Assembly (NCBI GenBank): GCA_046350615.1
Contig: JAXMAA010000002.1
Span: forward strand, 149,204 to 213,203
Source: Candidatus Saccharimonadales bacterium
GTDB taxonomy: Bacteria; Patescibacteriota; Saccharimonadia; Saccharimonadales; UBA7683
Reading direction: 5' to 3'
DNA length: 64,000 nucleotides
A model generated the notes under the pieces. That model saw only the letters and a list, made by a program, of their open reading frames with translations, was not told the origin of the DNA and searched no databases. Positions 17,603 through 25,945 of this stretch are shown piece after piece (within the stretch, counting starts at the first letter, position 1; each line of letters starts with the position of its first letter). A program made the position numbers and the translations under genes.

Positions 17603-17896
17603 ATGAGTGAAACTCAACTAAACCCAGAAGAACAGCGACAGGCTCGACAAGAGGTCGAAGCTGCTTCTGGAGTGGTCGGAGTAGCAGGTGCGGAAAGACC
17701 TGAGATCACTGCGTCTAGCACTGATAATTTTCAGGCAGATCCCTTGCCAAGCCTTTTGCAGGATACACCTCCAGTCAAGCAGCCCGACCTTATGCCTACA
17801 GTGCCAGAGGTTGACGGCAGCGAACCGACTGTCGTGAGTTTGCTCGCCCGCAGAATGCACAAAAATCTTGCGGAGTATCGTAGTAATGCTGCGTAA
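17603..17896 (+). CDS. hypothetical protein
   Basis: ORF only. May be one gene with 17868..18305 if the A5 run near 17860 is miscounted. Confidence 0.35.
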   Translation: MSETQLNPEEQRQARQEVEAASGVVGVAGAERPEITASSTDNFQADPLPSLLQDTPPVKQPDLMPTVPEVDGSEPTVVSLLARRMHKNLAEYRSNAA

Positions 17897-18305
17897 GGCG
17901 CTACAGATCATTATGGGCGCTCCACAGCCTATGGTTTCATCGGCACAGATGAGTTCACATAAACGTGAGGCTCGCAGGAAAGAGTTGATCAGACAAGAGG
18001 GTGCCATTGGCGCTACCTTGTTTGGCAAAATTCCTGAGGGACATCAGCGTGAATTCTTCTGTCTTGATGAATATACCTGGATCTGGCACGAGAGTTGGAT
18101 TGATGAGGCAACGAAAGCCACTAAGACTATGCACGTACGCTACGAATTTCAACCACGTGGCGTGCTGAAAATTGTTGACGGTACCGCAAGCGGCTTTGTA
18201 AATGGTGACGAGCTGAAATACCTTTTACAATCAATGACAACCTACTACAAGCGAGTAAGCAAAGAGGTTTACGGAGTCACCCCTGCCCCAATCCAACTAA
18301 CCTAA
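17868..18305 (+). CDS. hypothetical protein (start uncertain)
   Basis: ORF with a plausible globular C-terminal part (EFFCLDEYTWIWHESW). No family recognised. Confidence 0.45.
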   Translation: MRSIVVMLRKALQIIMGAPQPMVSSAQMSSHKREARRKELIRQEGAIGATLFGKIPEGHQREFFCLDEYTWIWHESWIDEATKATKTMHVRYEFQPRGVLKIVDGTASGFVNGDELKYLLQSMTTYYKRVSKEVYGVTPAPIQLT

Positions 18306-18403
18306 CTTGCTGGAGGACGGACCCGCAGCAGTGGGACATTGCGGTAAGGGTGATGTTCGCCATTAGCGAGAAACTGTGTATTCGTCGCGATTCATGACAT
18401 ATT

Positions 18404-18412
18404 TGATATACT
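18404..18412 (+). promoter_or_regulatory. extended -10 box, leaderless cysteine desulfurase operon
   Basis: TGaTATACT lies 7 nt before the ATG at 18420. Confidence 0.5.
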
Positions 18413-18419
18413 ACAACAG

Positions 18420-19604
18420 ATGAAACAAGCAATATATCTTGACTACGCTGCGGCGACATCACTCGACCCACGTGCGTTTAAGGCGATGGAGCCCTATTTA
18501 AGTGCTGAGTTTTACAACCCATCGGCGGTGTATCAGGCTGCTCGCAAAGTGCGTACGGTGGTTGAAGCCGCCCGGGGCCAAGTTGCGAGCGTTCTGGGTG
18601 TAAAAGATCAAGAGATTATATTTACAGCAGGTGGTACGGAGGCAAATAATATTGCCATACATGGAGTGATGAGTCAGTTCCCAGATGGGAACATGGTGGT
18701 ATCGAGTATTGAGCACGAATCTGTGCTGGAGCCAGCCGATAATTATGAGCGAAGGCTGGCGCCGGTGACCGAAAAGGGTGTGGTCGATCTTGCTGCGCTC
18801 GAGCAATTAATAGATGAGAGAACGGTTTTGGTGAGTATTATGTACGCCAACAACGAGATCGGGACGGTGCAGCCGCTGAAACAGATAGCCGCAATTATTC
18901 AAAAAAAACGTGCTCAACGCTCCATTGACGATGGCAGACTGTTTACTGGGGACTATCCACTATTGTTCCATACTGATGCGTGTCAAGCTGCGAACTATCT
19001 TGACCTTTCCGTTACGCGCATTGGAGTGGATATGATGACGTTGAATGGGGGAAAGATTTACGCTATGAAACAAAGCGGTTGTCTTTTTTTCAGCAAAGAT
19101 ATTGAATTGGGAAGCCTCACACAAGGAGGGGGGCAGGAGCGAAGCTTGAGAAGTGGCACGGAAAACGTCGCTTCTTTAGTAGCTTTTGCGACAATGTTGC
19201 AAAATGTTCAAAAGGAACGTAAGGATGAACAGCAGCGACTACAACAGATGCGCAATGATATTTTTGCGACATTATCGCAAAACATACCAGAGATTTTGCT
19301 TAATGGTGATATAAAACATCGTCTTCCAAACAATCTTAATATTCTGGCGCCGGGTGCCGATGGCGAACGACTTCTGATGGAACTTGATGAACTTGGTCTA
19401 CAAGTTGCGACCGGAAGTGCTTGCACGGCAAGTAACGACGAGCCAAGCCATGTATTGTTGGCATTAGGCCTGAGCCGATCAGAAGCTGCGGCAAGTATTA
19501 GAATGACACTTGGGCGAGGGGTCGAGCAGTCTGATGTGCCAGAAATCATCTCACGCCTGACTACCGGTATTCAAAGACATATGCAGTATACTGGTAGCGA
19601 ATGA
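18420..19604 (+). CDS. cysteine desulfurase (NifS/IscS class V aminotransferase)
   Basis: LDYAAAT, FTAGGTEANN, PLP-Lys region NGGKIY, active-site GSACTA. Confidence 0.88.
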   Translation: MKQAIYLDYAAATSLDPRAFKAMEPYLSAEFYNPSAVYQAARKVRTVVEAARGQVASVLGVKDQEIIFTAGGTEANNIAIHGVMSQFPDGNMVVSSIEHESVLEPADNYERRLAPVTEKGVVDLAALEQLIDERTVLVSIMYANNEIGTVQPLKQIAAIIQKKRAQRSIDDGRLFTGDYPLLFHTDACQAANYLDLSVTRIGVDMMTLNGGKIYAMKQSGCLFFSKDIELGSLTQGGGQERSLRSGTENVASLVAFATMLQNVQKERKDEQQRLQQMRNDIFATLSQNIPEILLNGDIKHRLPNNLNILAPGADGERLLMELDELGLQVATGSACTASNDEPSHVLLALGLSRSEAAASIRMTLGRGVEQSDVPEIISRLTTGIQRHMQYTGSE

Positions 19605-20167
19605 GAAAGCTGGGCGTTTTTTTACTGGTTGCTTGCGCTGTACTGGCTAGTTACGCCGTGCTTATTAGCCTGTATTTACCAATAGAAGATCCACTCAAAA
19701 AAGCGGACGCAATTATTGTGGTAAGCGGCGGCGATACCAAGGGGCGCACTATGCATGGCGTGGATCTGTATGAGAAAGGCTACGCACCAAAGTTGATATT
19801 CTCAGGAGCCGCCAAAGACCAAGCCAGTATCAGCAACGCCAAGGCAATGATGGTAATTGCTGCGGCTCGCGGTGTGCCAACAGAGGCAATCTCGCTTGAA
19901 GAAACCTCACGTGATACCAAAGAGAATGCCGAAAGTACGCAGGCAATTGCTGCACAGTACAAAACGATTATTTTAGTAACAAGCGATTATCATCAGCGCC
20001 GGGTTTACCAAGAGTTTAAGGGTGCCTATCCTCAAGATACGGAGTTCATCAATTCACCTGCAAAAGATAAAAACTGGGGACGTAAGAGCTGGTTTTTAAA
20101 CCCCTATGGCTGGTGGATTTCGTTGACAGAACCGGCTAAGTTGCTCTTCTCGCGAGTTGGTTCATGA
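19601..20167 (+). CDS. DUF218/YdcF-SanA family membrane-anchored protein
   Basis: IIVVSGGD, LVTSDYHQRR. Confidence 0.75.
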   Translation: MRKLGVFLLVACAVLASYAVLISLYLPIEDPLKKADAIIVVSGGDTKGRTMHGVDLYEKGYAPKLIFSGAAKDQASISNAKAMMVIAAARGVPTEAISLEETSRDTKENAESTQAIAAQYKTIILVTSDYHQRRVYQEFKGAYPQDTEFINSPAKDKNWGRKSWFLNPYGWWISLTEPAKLLFSRVGS

Positions 20168-21285
20168 AGAAAGTGTTTGTTGGCATGAGCGGTGGCGTCG
20201 ATAGCTCTGTTACTGCGGCATTGCTTGTGGCGGCCGGCTATGATGTAACGGGCGTATTTATGAAGAACTGGGCACGGGATTTGCCCGGTTTCAAATGTCC
20301 ATGGCGCGAGGATCTGGCAGATGCCAAACGAGTGGCCGTTCAGCTGGGAATTCCGTTTAAAATCTATGATTTTCAAGATCAATATCGCTACAAAGTGGTA
20401 GATTACATGATCACCGAGTATAAAGCAGGTAGAACGCCAAACCCCGATATTATGTGCAACCAAGAGGTAAAGTTTAAGCTGTTTTTAGAAACTGCGCTAG
20501 AAGATGGAGCAGACTTAATCGCCACGGGCCACTATGCTCGAATAGGCAAAAATGCTAACTCTGAAAGTTCGAAACCCAGTCAACCACAAACTACCAACTA
20601 CAAACTACCAACTACAAACTACCAACTACAAACAGCAGCTGACCAAAACAAAGACCAAACCTACTTTTTATATCGTATGACTGAAGATGCGCTTTCTAAA
20701 ACTCTCTTCCCTCTAGGCGAGATGACTAAACCGGAAGTACGGAAAAAAGCTGCAGAACTTGGTTTAATCACCGCCGAGAAGAAGGATTCCGTAGGCATTT
20801 GCTTTGTCGGCGAGATCGGAATTAAAGAATTCTTAAAGAACTTCGTTTCAACTGAGCCGGGCGCGATTGTTGAAAAATCATCACGAAGAGTTGTTGGCGA
20901 GCACGATGGAGCCCTGTACTACACCATCGGCCAGCGCCATGGCCTCAATGTGGGAGGCGGGATGCCCTATTACGTGGTGGGTAAAGATATGGCAACGAAC
21001 GAAGTGTATGTGAGTACCGATCTGAACGATCCTGATTTGTGGCACCAGAGCATCACCATTACTGATGAGCATTGGATAAATGGTTTAGATCTTGGTTCTC
21101 AGATACCAGATCTCAGAGTGCGGACACGTCATAGGGGGTTACTAACAGAGGTAACGAGGGTTGAAGAGCAACCTGATGGCGGCTACGAGCTCACCCTAAA
21201 AGACGAAATCCGCGCACTAGCACCGGGCCAATCCGCAGTTCTCTATCAAAATGAGATCTGCCTTGGCGGCGGAATTATTGTCTAA
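20164..21285 (+). CDS. mnmA: tRNA 2-thiouridine(34) synthase MnmA
   Basis: PP-loop VGMSGGVDSSV, ATGHYAR, KDQTYFLY. Confidence 0.92.
   Translation: MKKVFVGMSGGVDSSVTAALLVAAGYDVTGVFMKNWARDLPGFKCPWREDLADAKRVAVQLGIPFKIYDFQDQYRYKVVDYMITEYKAGRTPNPDIMCNQEVKFKLFLETALEDGADLIATGHYARIGKNANSESSKPSQPQTTNYKLPTTNYQLQTAADQNKDQTYFLYRMTEDALSKTLFPLGEMTKPEVRKKAAELGLITAEKKDSVGICFVGEIGIKEFLKNFVSTEPGAIVEKSSRRVVGEHDGALYYTIGQRHGLNVGGGMPYYVVGKDMATNEVYVSTDLNDPDLWHQSITITDEHWINGLDLGSQIPDLRVRTRHRGLLTEVTRVEEQPDGGYELTLKDEIRALAPGQSAVLYQNEICLGGGIIV
20588..20633 (+). repeat. 14-nt tandem repeat (aaactaccaactac x3.3) inside mnmA
   Basis: Three exact units at 20588-20629 plus a partial aaac. Encodes TTNYKLPTTNYQLQT in a variable loop. 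Confidence 0.85.
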
Positions 21286-21360
21286 CATATGCAGAACTAT
21301 AAGACCAGACCTTCTCATTTGTCTGAGGACGATACTTCCAACGATCCTAACGAAGCATAT

Positions 21361-22005
21361 TTATAAGCTTACTCTCGCCTGTTTGTCTGGTAGATAGATG
21401 CCCCTCCTCCCTAGCATGTAAGAGGTGAGGTCTCCGGTGTCATCGGCGGGCTCAGATTCACCAGAGCGCCATACCTGGTTGCGGAGTGTGGCGTTGCCAG
21501 CACGGGATGCTAACACAGTACTCCTGTTAGCATGTAAATTTTCATTCGACAGGGCTCCAATAAAAGATTGGTTGATGACTGATTTGAAGAGTTTCCCGTG
21601 CACACTAGAGCTAACAACCGAGCACCCCCAAAGTTCAGCCTGAGAAACATTGGAATAAAAAACTCGAGAAGGCCCGTACCACCCATGAATAATGCCAGAT
21701 CTGCAGGCTTGTGCAGCGCGAAAAAAGCTGCCGACAGCTACAGATTGAGGGTCGAGAACTACACCAAAATCATCAACTATGATACCCGTGTAATTTTCAG
21801 GATTTTCTTCACAAATGTCCATTGCTCTTGTGTTGGTATGGAAAACTAAACAATTGTTGCCTACTAATCTGTAGAATGGCATGCCTGGGCGTTCGAGCTC
21901 TTCCCCAAGGCGGGTAAGGGCGCTGGTCGCGCGTTCTTGATCTCCTCCAAATCTGTGGGCAACAACTGCGTCAATAAGATCTATATCGTTTTGAGAAACT
22001 ACCAA
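21361..22005 (-). CDS. hypothetical protein
   Basis: 214-aa ORF; no family recognised. Confidence 0.5.
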   Translation of the reverse strand: MVVSQNDIDLIDAVVAHRFGGDQERATSALTRLGEELERPGMPFYRLVGNNCLVFHTNTRAMDICEENPENYTGIIVDDFGVVLDPQSVAVGSFFRAAQACRSGIIHGWYGPSRVFYSNVSQAELWGCSVVSSSVHGKLFKSVINQSFIGALSNENLHANRSTVLASRAGNATLRNQVWRSGESEPADDTGDLTSYMLGRRGIYLPDKQARVSL

Positions 22006-22084
22006 CTGTTCTGCGATGGCTTCACTCTAGCAACCTCAACACTATCTGTAAAGCATGAGGTTTTTGGTATAATGCTGTGTACGT

Positions 22085-23299
22085 ATGCAGCGTTTCTTTG
22101 GCAATTTGAGATTTTCCACTCGATACATTGTTCTGGCAGTGTTAATGGCTGGCGTGGTGTTTGCTATGGTGTTGGTATATGTTCAGGGAAGGGTTGAGAA
22201 GGTTTCGCAAAAAGAGCAGGGTGCGAAACCGGCGATTACTCCTGCGGCCAAAACTCCAATTGAGCCGCAACTTGCGCCGAGTGAGGTATTGAGTGGGCTT
22301 TCTCATCCGTGGGATGTGGTTTTTCTCCCTGATAGAACGTTGCTTTTTAATGAACGTGGCGGGCAAGTAAGTAAGTTGGTTGATGGTAAAAAAGTGGTAA
22401 TTGCGGATATTGCTGATGTCTATGCAGTTGGCGAGGGTGGTCTAACTGGCCTGGCGCTTGATGCCAAGTTTGCTGCAAATCGCTATCTCTACACTTGTTT
22501 TAATGCTCAAACAGCTAGCGGTCTAGATGTCCGCTTGGTACGCTGGAAATTAAGTGAAGATGCCACCTCACTTACCGATCGGAAAGATATTGTGGTCGGT
22601 ATTCCAAGTAATCGTAGCGGCCGCCACTCGGGTTGTCGGGTGCGAAGCGATGCGCAGGGAGATTTATGGGTTGGCACCGGAGATGCCGCTGTTGCGAGTA
22701 ATCCGCAAAGCCCCAGCAATCTTGGCGGGAAGATACTCCATGTAACTCGTGATGGTATGCCAGCTGGCGGCAATTTGCCCGCACCGTTTGATCCGCGGAT
22801 TTTCAGCTACGGGCACCGTAACGTGCAAGGTCTGGTGCTCTTTAATGAGCCACAAGACGGTGTGTACGGCTACAGCGTAGAGCATGGCACTGATAGAGAT
22901 GATGAAATCAATCTGTTAAAATCAGGCAACTTCGGTTGGGCGCCGCGTGTTACGTATGTAGAGAGTGGTATTCCTATGACTGATCTCACGCGTTTCCCCG
23001 ATGCCATTTCAGCAATCTGGAGTTCTGGCAACCCAACTATCGCTCCATCTGGAGCAACGCTGCTAAAAGGCGAGAAGTGGGGAACTTGGACCGGAGCGGT
23101 GGCGATGGCGGTGCTGAAAGGCAAACATCTGCGAATTATGCGGTTCGATGAATCTTATAAGTTGATAGAAGAGAAGGTAGTGCTTGGAGACTACGGCCGC
23201 ATTCGTTCCGCAGCAATTGATACAGATCAAGACCTTTATATCACCACAGATAACGGCAGCAATGACAAAATAATAAAAGTTACCCCTACGGGCAACTAG
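22085..23299 (+). CDS. PQQ-dependent sugar dehydrogenase (YliI/sorbosone dehydrogenase-like beta-propeller)
   Basis: N-terminal TM, GLSHPWDVVFLPD, GEGGLTGLALD, GHRNVQGL. Confidence 0.8.
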   Translation: MQRFFGNLRFSTRYIVLAVLMAGVVFAMVLVYVQGRVEKVSQKEQGAKPAITPAAKTPIEPQLAPSEVLSGLSHPWDVVFLPDRTLLFNERGGQVSKLVDGKKVVIADIADVYAVGEGGLTGLALDAKFAANRYLYTCFNAQTASGLDVRLVRWKLSEDATSLTDRKDIVVGIPSNRSGRHSGCRVRSDAQGDLWVGTGDAAVASNPQSPSNLGGKILHVTRDGMPAGGNLPAPFDPRIFSYGHRNVQGLVLFNEPQDGVYGYSVEHGTDRDDEINLLKSGNFGWAPRVTYVESGIPMTDLTRFPDAISAIWSSGNPTIAPSGATLLKGEKWGTWTGAVAMAVLKGKHLRIMRFDESYKLIEEKVVLGDYGRIRSAAIDTDQDLYITTDNGSNDKIIKVTPTGN

Positions 23300-23516
23300 T
23301 TCACATATATTTTCGGTATGAAGAAACCGTGCGGAGGCGAGGAGCGATATGCTCAACTCGGTGCACGGACCAATGAATAATCTTTGGTTGTGCACACCGC
23401 ACGGTTGTGTTTTGAGGAGGTCGAGCGGGTTTTTGTCTGTAGGTATTCGCGTTAGGGCGAACAGCTCGCTTCATTCCGCCAATGGCGAAACTACACCTAC
23501 CACGACTCAGCTTTGT

Positions 23517-23786
23517 CTACTTGCTGCCTTCGTTGCCTCGCATCCTGATGGCCTCGATGACCTGGTTGATGACAACAGCCGTAAAGGTAAAAAAGTAGCT
23601 GGCTGCTATGCAGCTGCACAACACGAAGAGGACCGGGTCCTCCAGGCGGAGAGCGGAGATCTGCATGAGCATCAGCCCCACCACGAGACCGATGAAAGCC
23701 CCGACCAGCGAGCTCCAACCTACGCCCAGGCCTCCCTTGTCGGAGTAGATCAGGCCGGTCCCGGTGACTTCTTGTTCTGTATCCAA
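23517..23786 (-). CDS. small two-TM membrane protein, GC-rich
   Basis: TTG start 8 nt after a strong GAGGAGG. Two hydrophobic helices. The competing ORFs in the same GC-rich patch look non-proteinaceous. Confidence 0.5.
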   Translation of the reverse strand: MDTEQEVTGTGLIYSDKGGLGVGWSSLVGAFIGLVVGLMLMQISALRLEDPVLFVLCSCIAASYFFTFTAVVINQVIEAIRMRGNEGSK

Positions 23787-23924
23787 GGTTCATTCCTCCT
23801 CAGGAATTGCCCGCCAACTTGACGAGCATATGTATTATAGCGCTTATGTAATAAAATGTCAATAGCTTACTCCTGTTAGTGCTTCTATGGAATTCTTTTA
23901 CTACCTCCGTTATACTAGATGTTA

Positions 23925-25901
23925 ATGAATGCACAGGAAATTAGACGAAAGTACTTAGAGTTTTTTGAAAAAAACGGGCATAAAGTGATCCCGCGGGCTT
24001 TGTTGGTGCCATATAATGATCCGACAACGCTTTTCACCGGTTCTGGCATGCAGCCGCTTATTCCGTATCTCCTGGGTGAGCCACACCCGGCTGGTACACG
24101 TGTAACGGATAGTCAGACGTGCCTGAGAGCAATGGATATCGAGGATGTTGGTGATGATCGGCACACAACATTTTTTGAAATGCTCGGTAACTGGAGTCTG
24201 GGTGATTACGGGAAGAAAGAGCAAATTGAGTGGTTCTTTACTTTTTTGGTAGAAATTGCCGGTCTCGATCCAAACAATATCTACATCACCTGTTTTATCG
24301 GCGACGAAGAGGCCGGTATACCACGCGATACCGAAGCGGCTGAAATCTGGCAAAGACTTTTTGAGAGTAAGAGTATAGAGGCAGGTATTGTGGCCATTGG
24401 CTCGCAAGAAGATGGCAATAAACGTGGGGTCAAACCTGGCGAGAGAATTTTTTATTATGATGACGGCGAAAACTGGTGGAGCCGCAACGGCGGTATAGCT
24501 AAAACCCCTATTGGCGACCCTTGTGGGCCAGACAGTGAAGTTTTTTATGATTTCGGCGAGGCTGCTCATAAGCCCGGCTTTGGCGAAGCCCATCCGGCGA
24601 GTGATTCCGGCCGCTTTATTGAGATTGGCAACCAGGTGTTCATGGAATATAAGCGTACTGAAAGTGGTTTTGAGAAGTTGGCTAAACCAAATATTGATTT
24701 TGGTGGTGGCTTGGAGCGTATTGCACAGGCGGCAATTAATTCATCTGATATGTTTAAGATTTCGATCTTGTGGCCAATTATTGAGGAGCTGGAGCGGATT
24801 TCTGGTAAAAAGTACGATAATCACCGCGAGAGTATGCAAGTAATCGCTGATCATCTGAGGGCCGCCACATTTTTGGCGGTCGATGGAGTAAAGCCGAACA
24901 ACAAAGAGCAGGGCTATGTGATGAGGCGATTGCTGCGGCGAGCCATTCGTTTTGCATTTGAGCTTGGCGTTGAGCAGAACTTTTTGCAAGATGTCGTGCC
25001 AGTTATCGCCGATTTATACAAAGATGATTACTCGGAAGTTGCCGCAAAACGCGATGAAGTGATTGATGTTTTGATACGAGAAGAAAAGGCCTTTCGCCAA
25101 ACTCTCAGAAAAGGGTTGAAGGAGTTTACAAAGCTCTTCAATCGCCGTCATTCCCGGCTCGATCGGGGATCTCGTGCCAATACTAACGAGATCCCCAGTC
25201 AAGCTGAGGATGACAAAGCTGCTGGCCTGTCGCATGGCGAAGCTATTTTTACTCTTTACGATACCTATGGGTTTCCGGTAGAACTTTCTGTCGAAGAAGC
25301 CTTTAAGCAAGGAATTGAGCTGGATGATACATGGCGAGAACAGTTTGAGGCGAAGATGAAGCAGCAGCGTGAACGTTCGCAAACGGCCGCCAAGGGTACG
25401 TTTAAGGGCGGACTTGGCGGGCAGCAGTTAATTCATAAAAAGTATCACACTGCCACGCACTTGATGTATCAGGCACTGCGTGATGTTTTGGGAGATCATG
25501 TCATTCAGCGTGGCTCAAATATTACCGAAGAACGCCTTCGGTTCGATTTTTCTCATCCTGAAAAAGTAACGCGCGAACAGTTAAATCAAGTAGAAGAGAT
25601 TGTAAATAGGGAAATTGCGAAAGATCTGCAAATTTCTTGGGCCGAGTATCCGACCGAAGAAGCAACCGGTTCTCTCGGTGCGTTGGGGCAATTCGGCGAT
25701 CGCTATGGTGATACGGTGAAGGTGTATTCAATGAAAGATCCAAAATCTTCTGAAGACGAGCGGCCCTTTAGTTTTGAAATTTGCGGTGGTCCGCACGTAG
25801 ACCACACCTCACAACTGCTGGAAGATGGCAAAAAGTTTAAAATCTTGAAGGAAGAAGCTAGTTCAGCTGGCATTCGCCGCATCAAAGCCGTTTTGGCTTA
25901 A
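23925..25901 (+). CDS. alaS: alanine--tRNA ligase, short form lacking the C-Ala domain, with a 23-codon repeat-derived insertion
   Basis: EIRRKYLEFFEKNGH, FTGSGMQP, HTATHLM, CGGPHV. TATACT at 23911-23916 lies 8 nt before the ATG at 23925; alternative ATG at 23919. Confidence 0.93.
   Translation: MNAQEIRRKYLEFFEKNGHKVIPRALLVPYNDPTTLFTGSGMQPLIPYLLGEPHPAGTRVTDSQTCLRAMDIEDVGDDRHTTFFEMLGNWSLGDYGKKEQIEWFFTFLVEIAGLDPNNIYITCFIGDEEAGIPRDTEAAEIWQRLFESKSIEAGIVAIGSQEDGNKRGVKPGERIFYYDDGENWWSRNGGIAKTPIGDPCGPDSEVFYDFGEAAHKPGFGEAHPASDSGRFIEIGNQVFMEYKRTESGFEKLAKPNIDFGGGLERIAQAAINSSDMFKISILWPIIEELERISGKKYDNHRESMQVIADHLRAATFLAVDGVKPNNKEQGYVMRRLLRRAIRFAFELGVEQNFLQDVVPVIADLYKDDYSEVAAKRDEVIDVLIREEKAFRQTLRKGLKEFTKLFNRRHSRLDRGSRANTNEIPSQAEDDKAAGLSHGEAIFTLYDTYGFPVELSVEEAFKQGIELDDTWREQFEAKMKQQRERSQTAAKGTFKGGLGGQQLIHKKYHTATHLMYQALRDVLGDHVIQRGSNITEERLRFDFSHPEKVTREQLNQVEEIVNREIAKDLQISWAEYPTEEATGSLGALGQFGDRYGDTVKVYSMKDPKSSEDERPFSFEICGGPHVDHTSQLLEDGKKFKILKEEASSAGIRRIKAVLA
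25146..25214 (+). repeat. palindromic repeat element inserted in frame in alaS
   Basis: gtcattcccggctcgatcggggatctcg (25147-25174) pairs with cgagatccccagtcaagctgaggatgac (25187-25214). 69 nt = 23 codons, RHSRLDRGSRANTNEIPSQAEDD. Confidence 0.8.
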
Positions 25902-25945
25902 TTTTGCTCAATACACTCACAGATGTAGTATACTTATTACTGATT

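Noticed and set aside
23349-23822. Plus-strand 157-aa ORF and minus-strand 98-aa ORF in the GC-rich islet.
   Set aside because: Their sequences are not protein-like. The 89-aa two-TM frame, with GAGGAGG at optimal spacing, is the most plausible reading.
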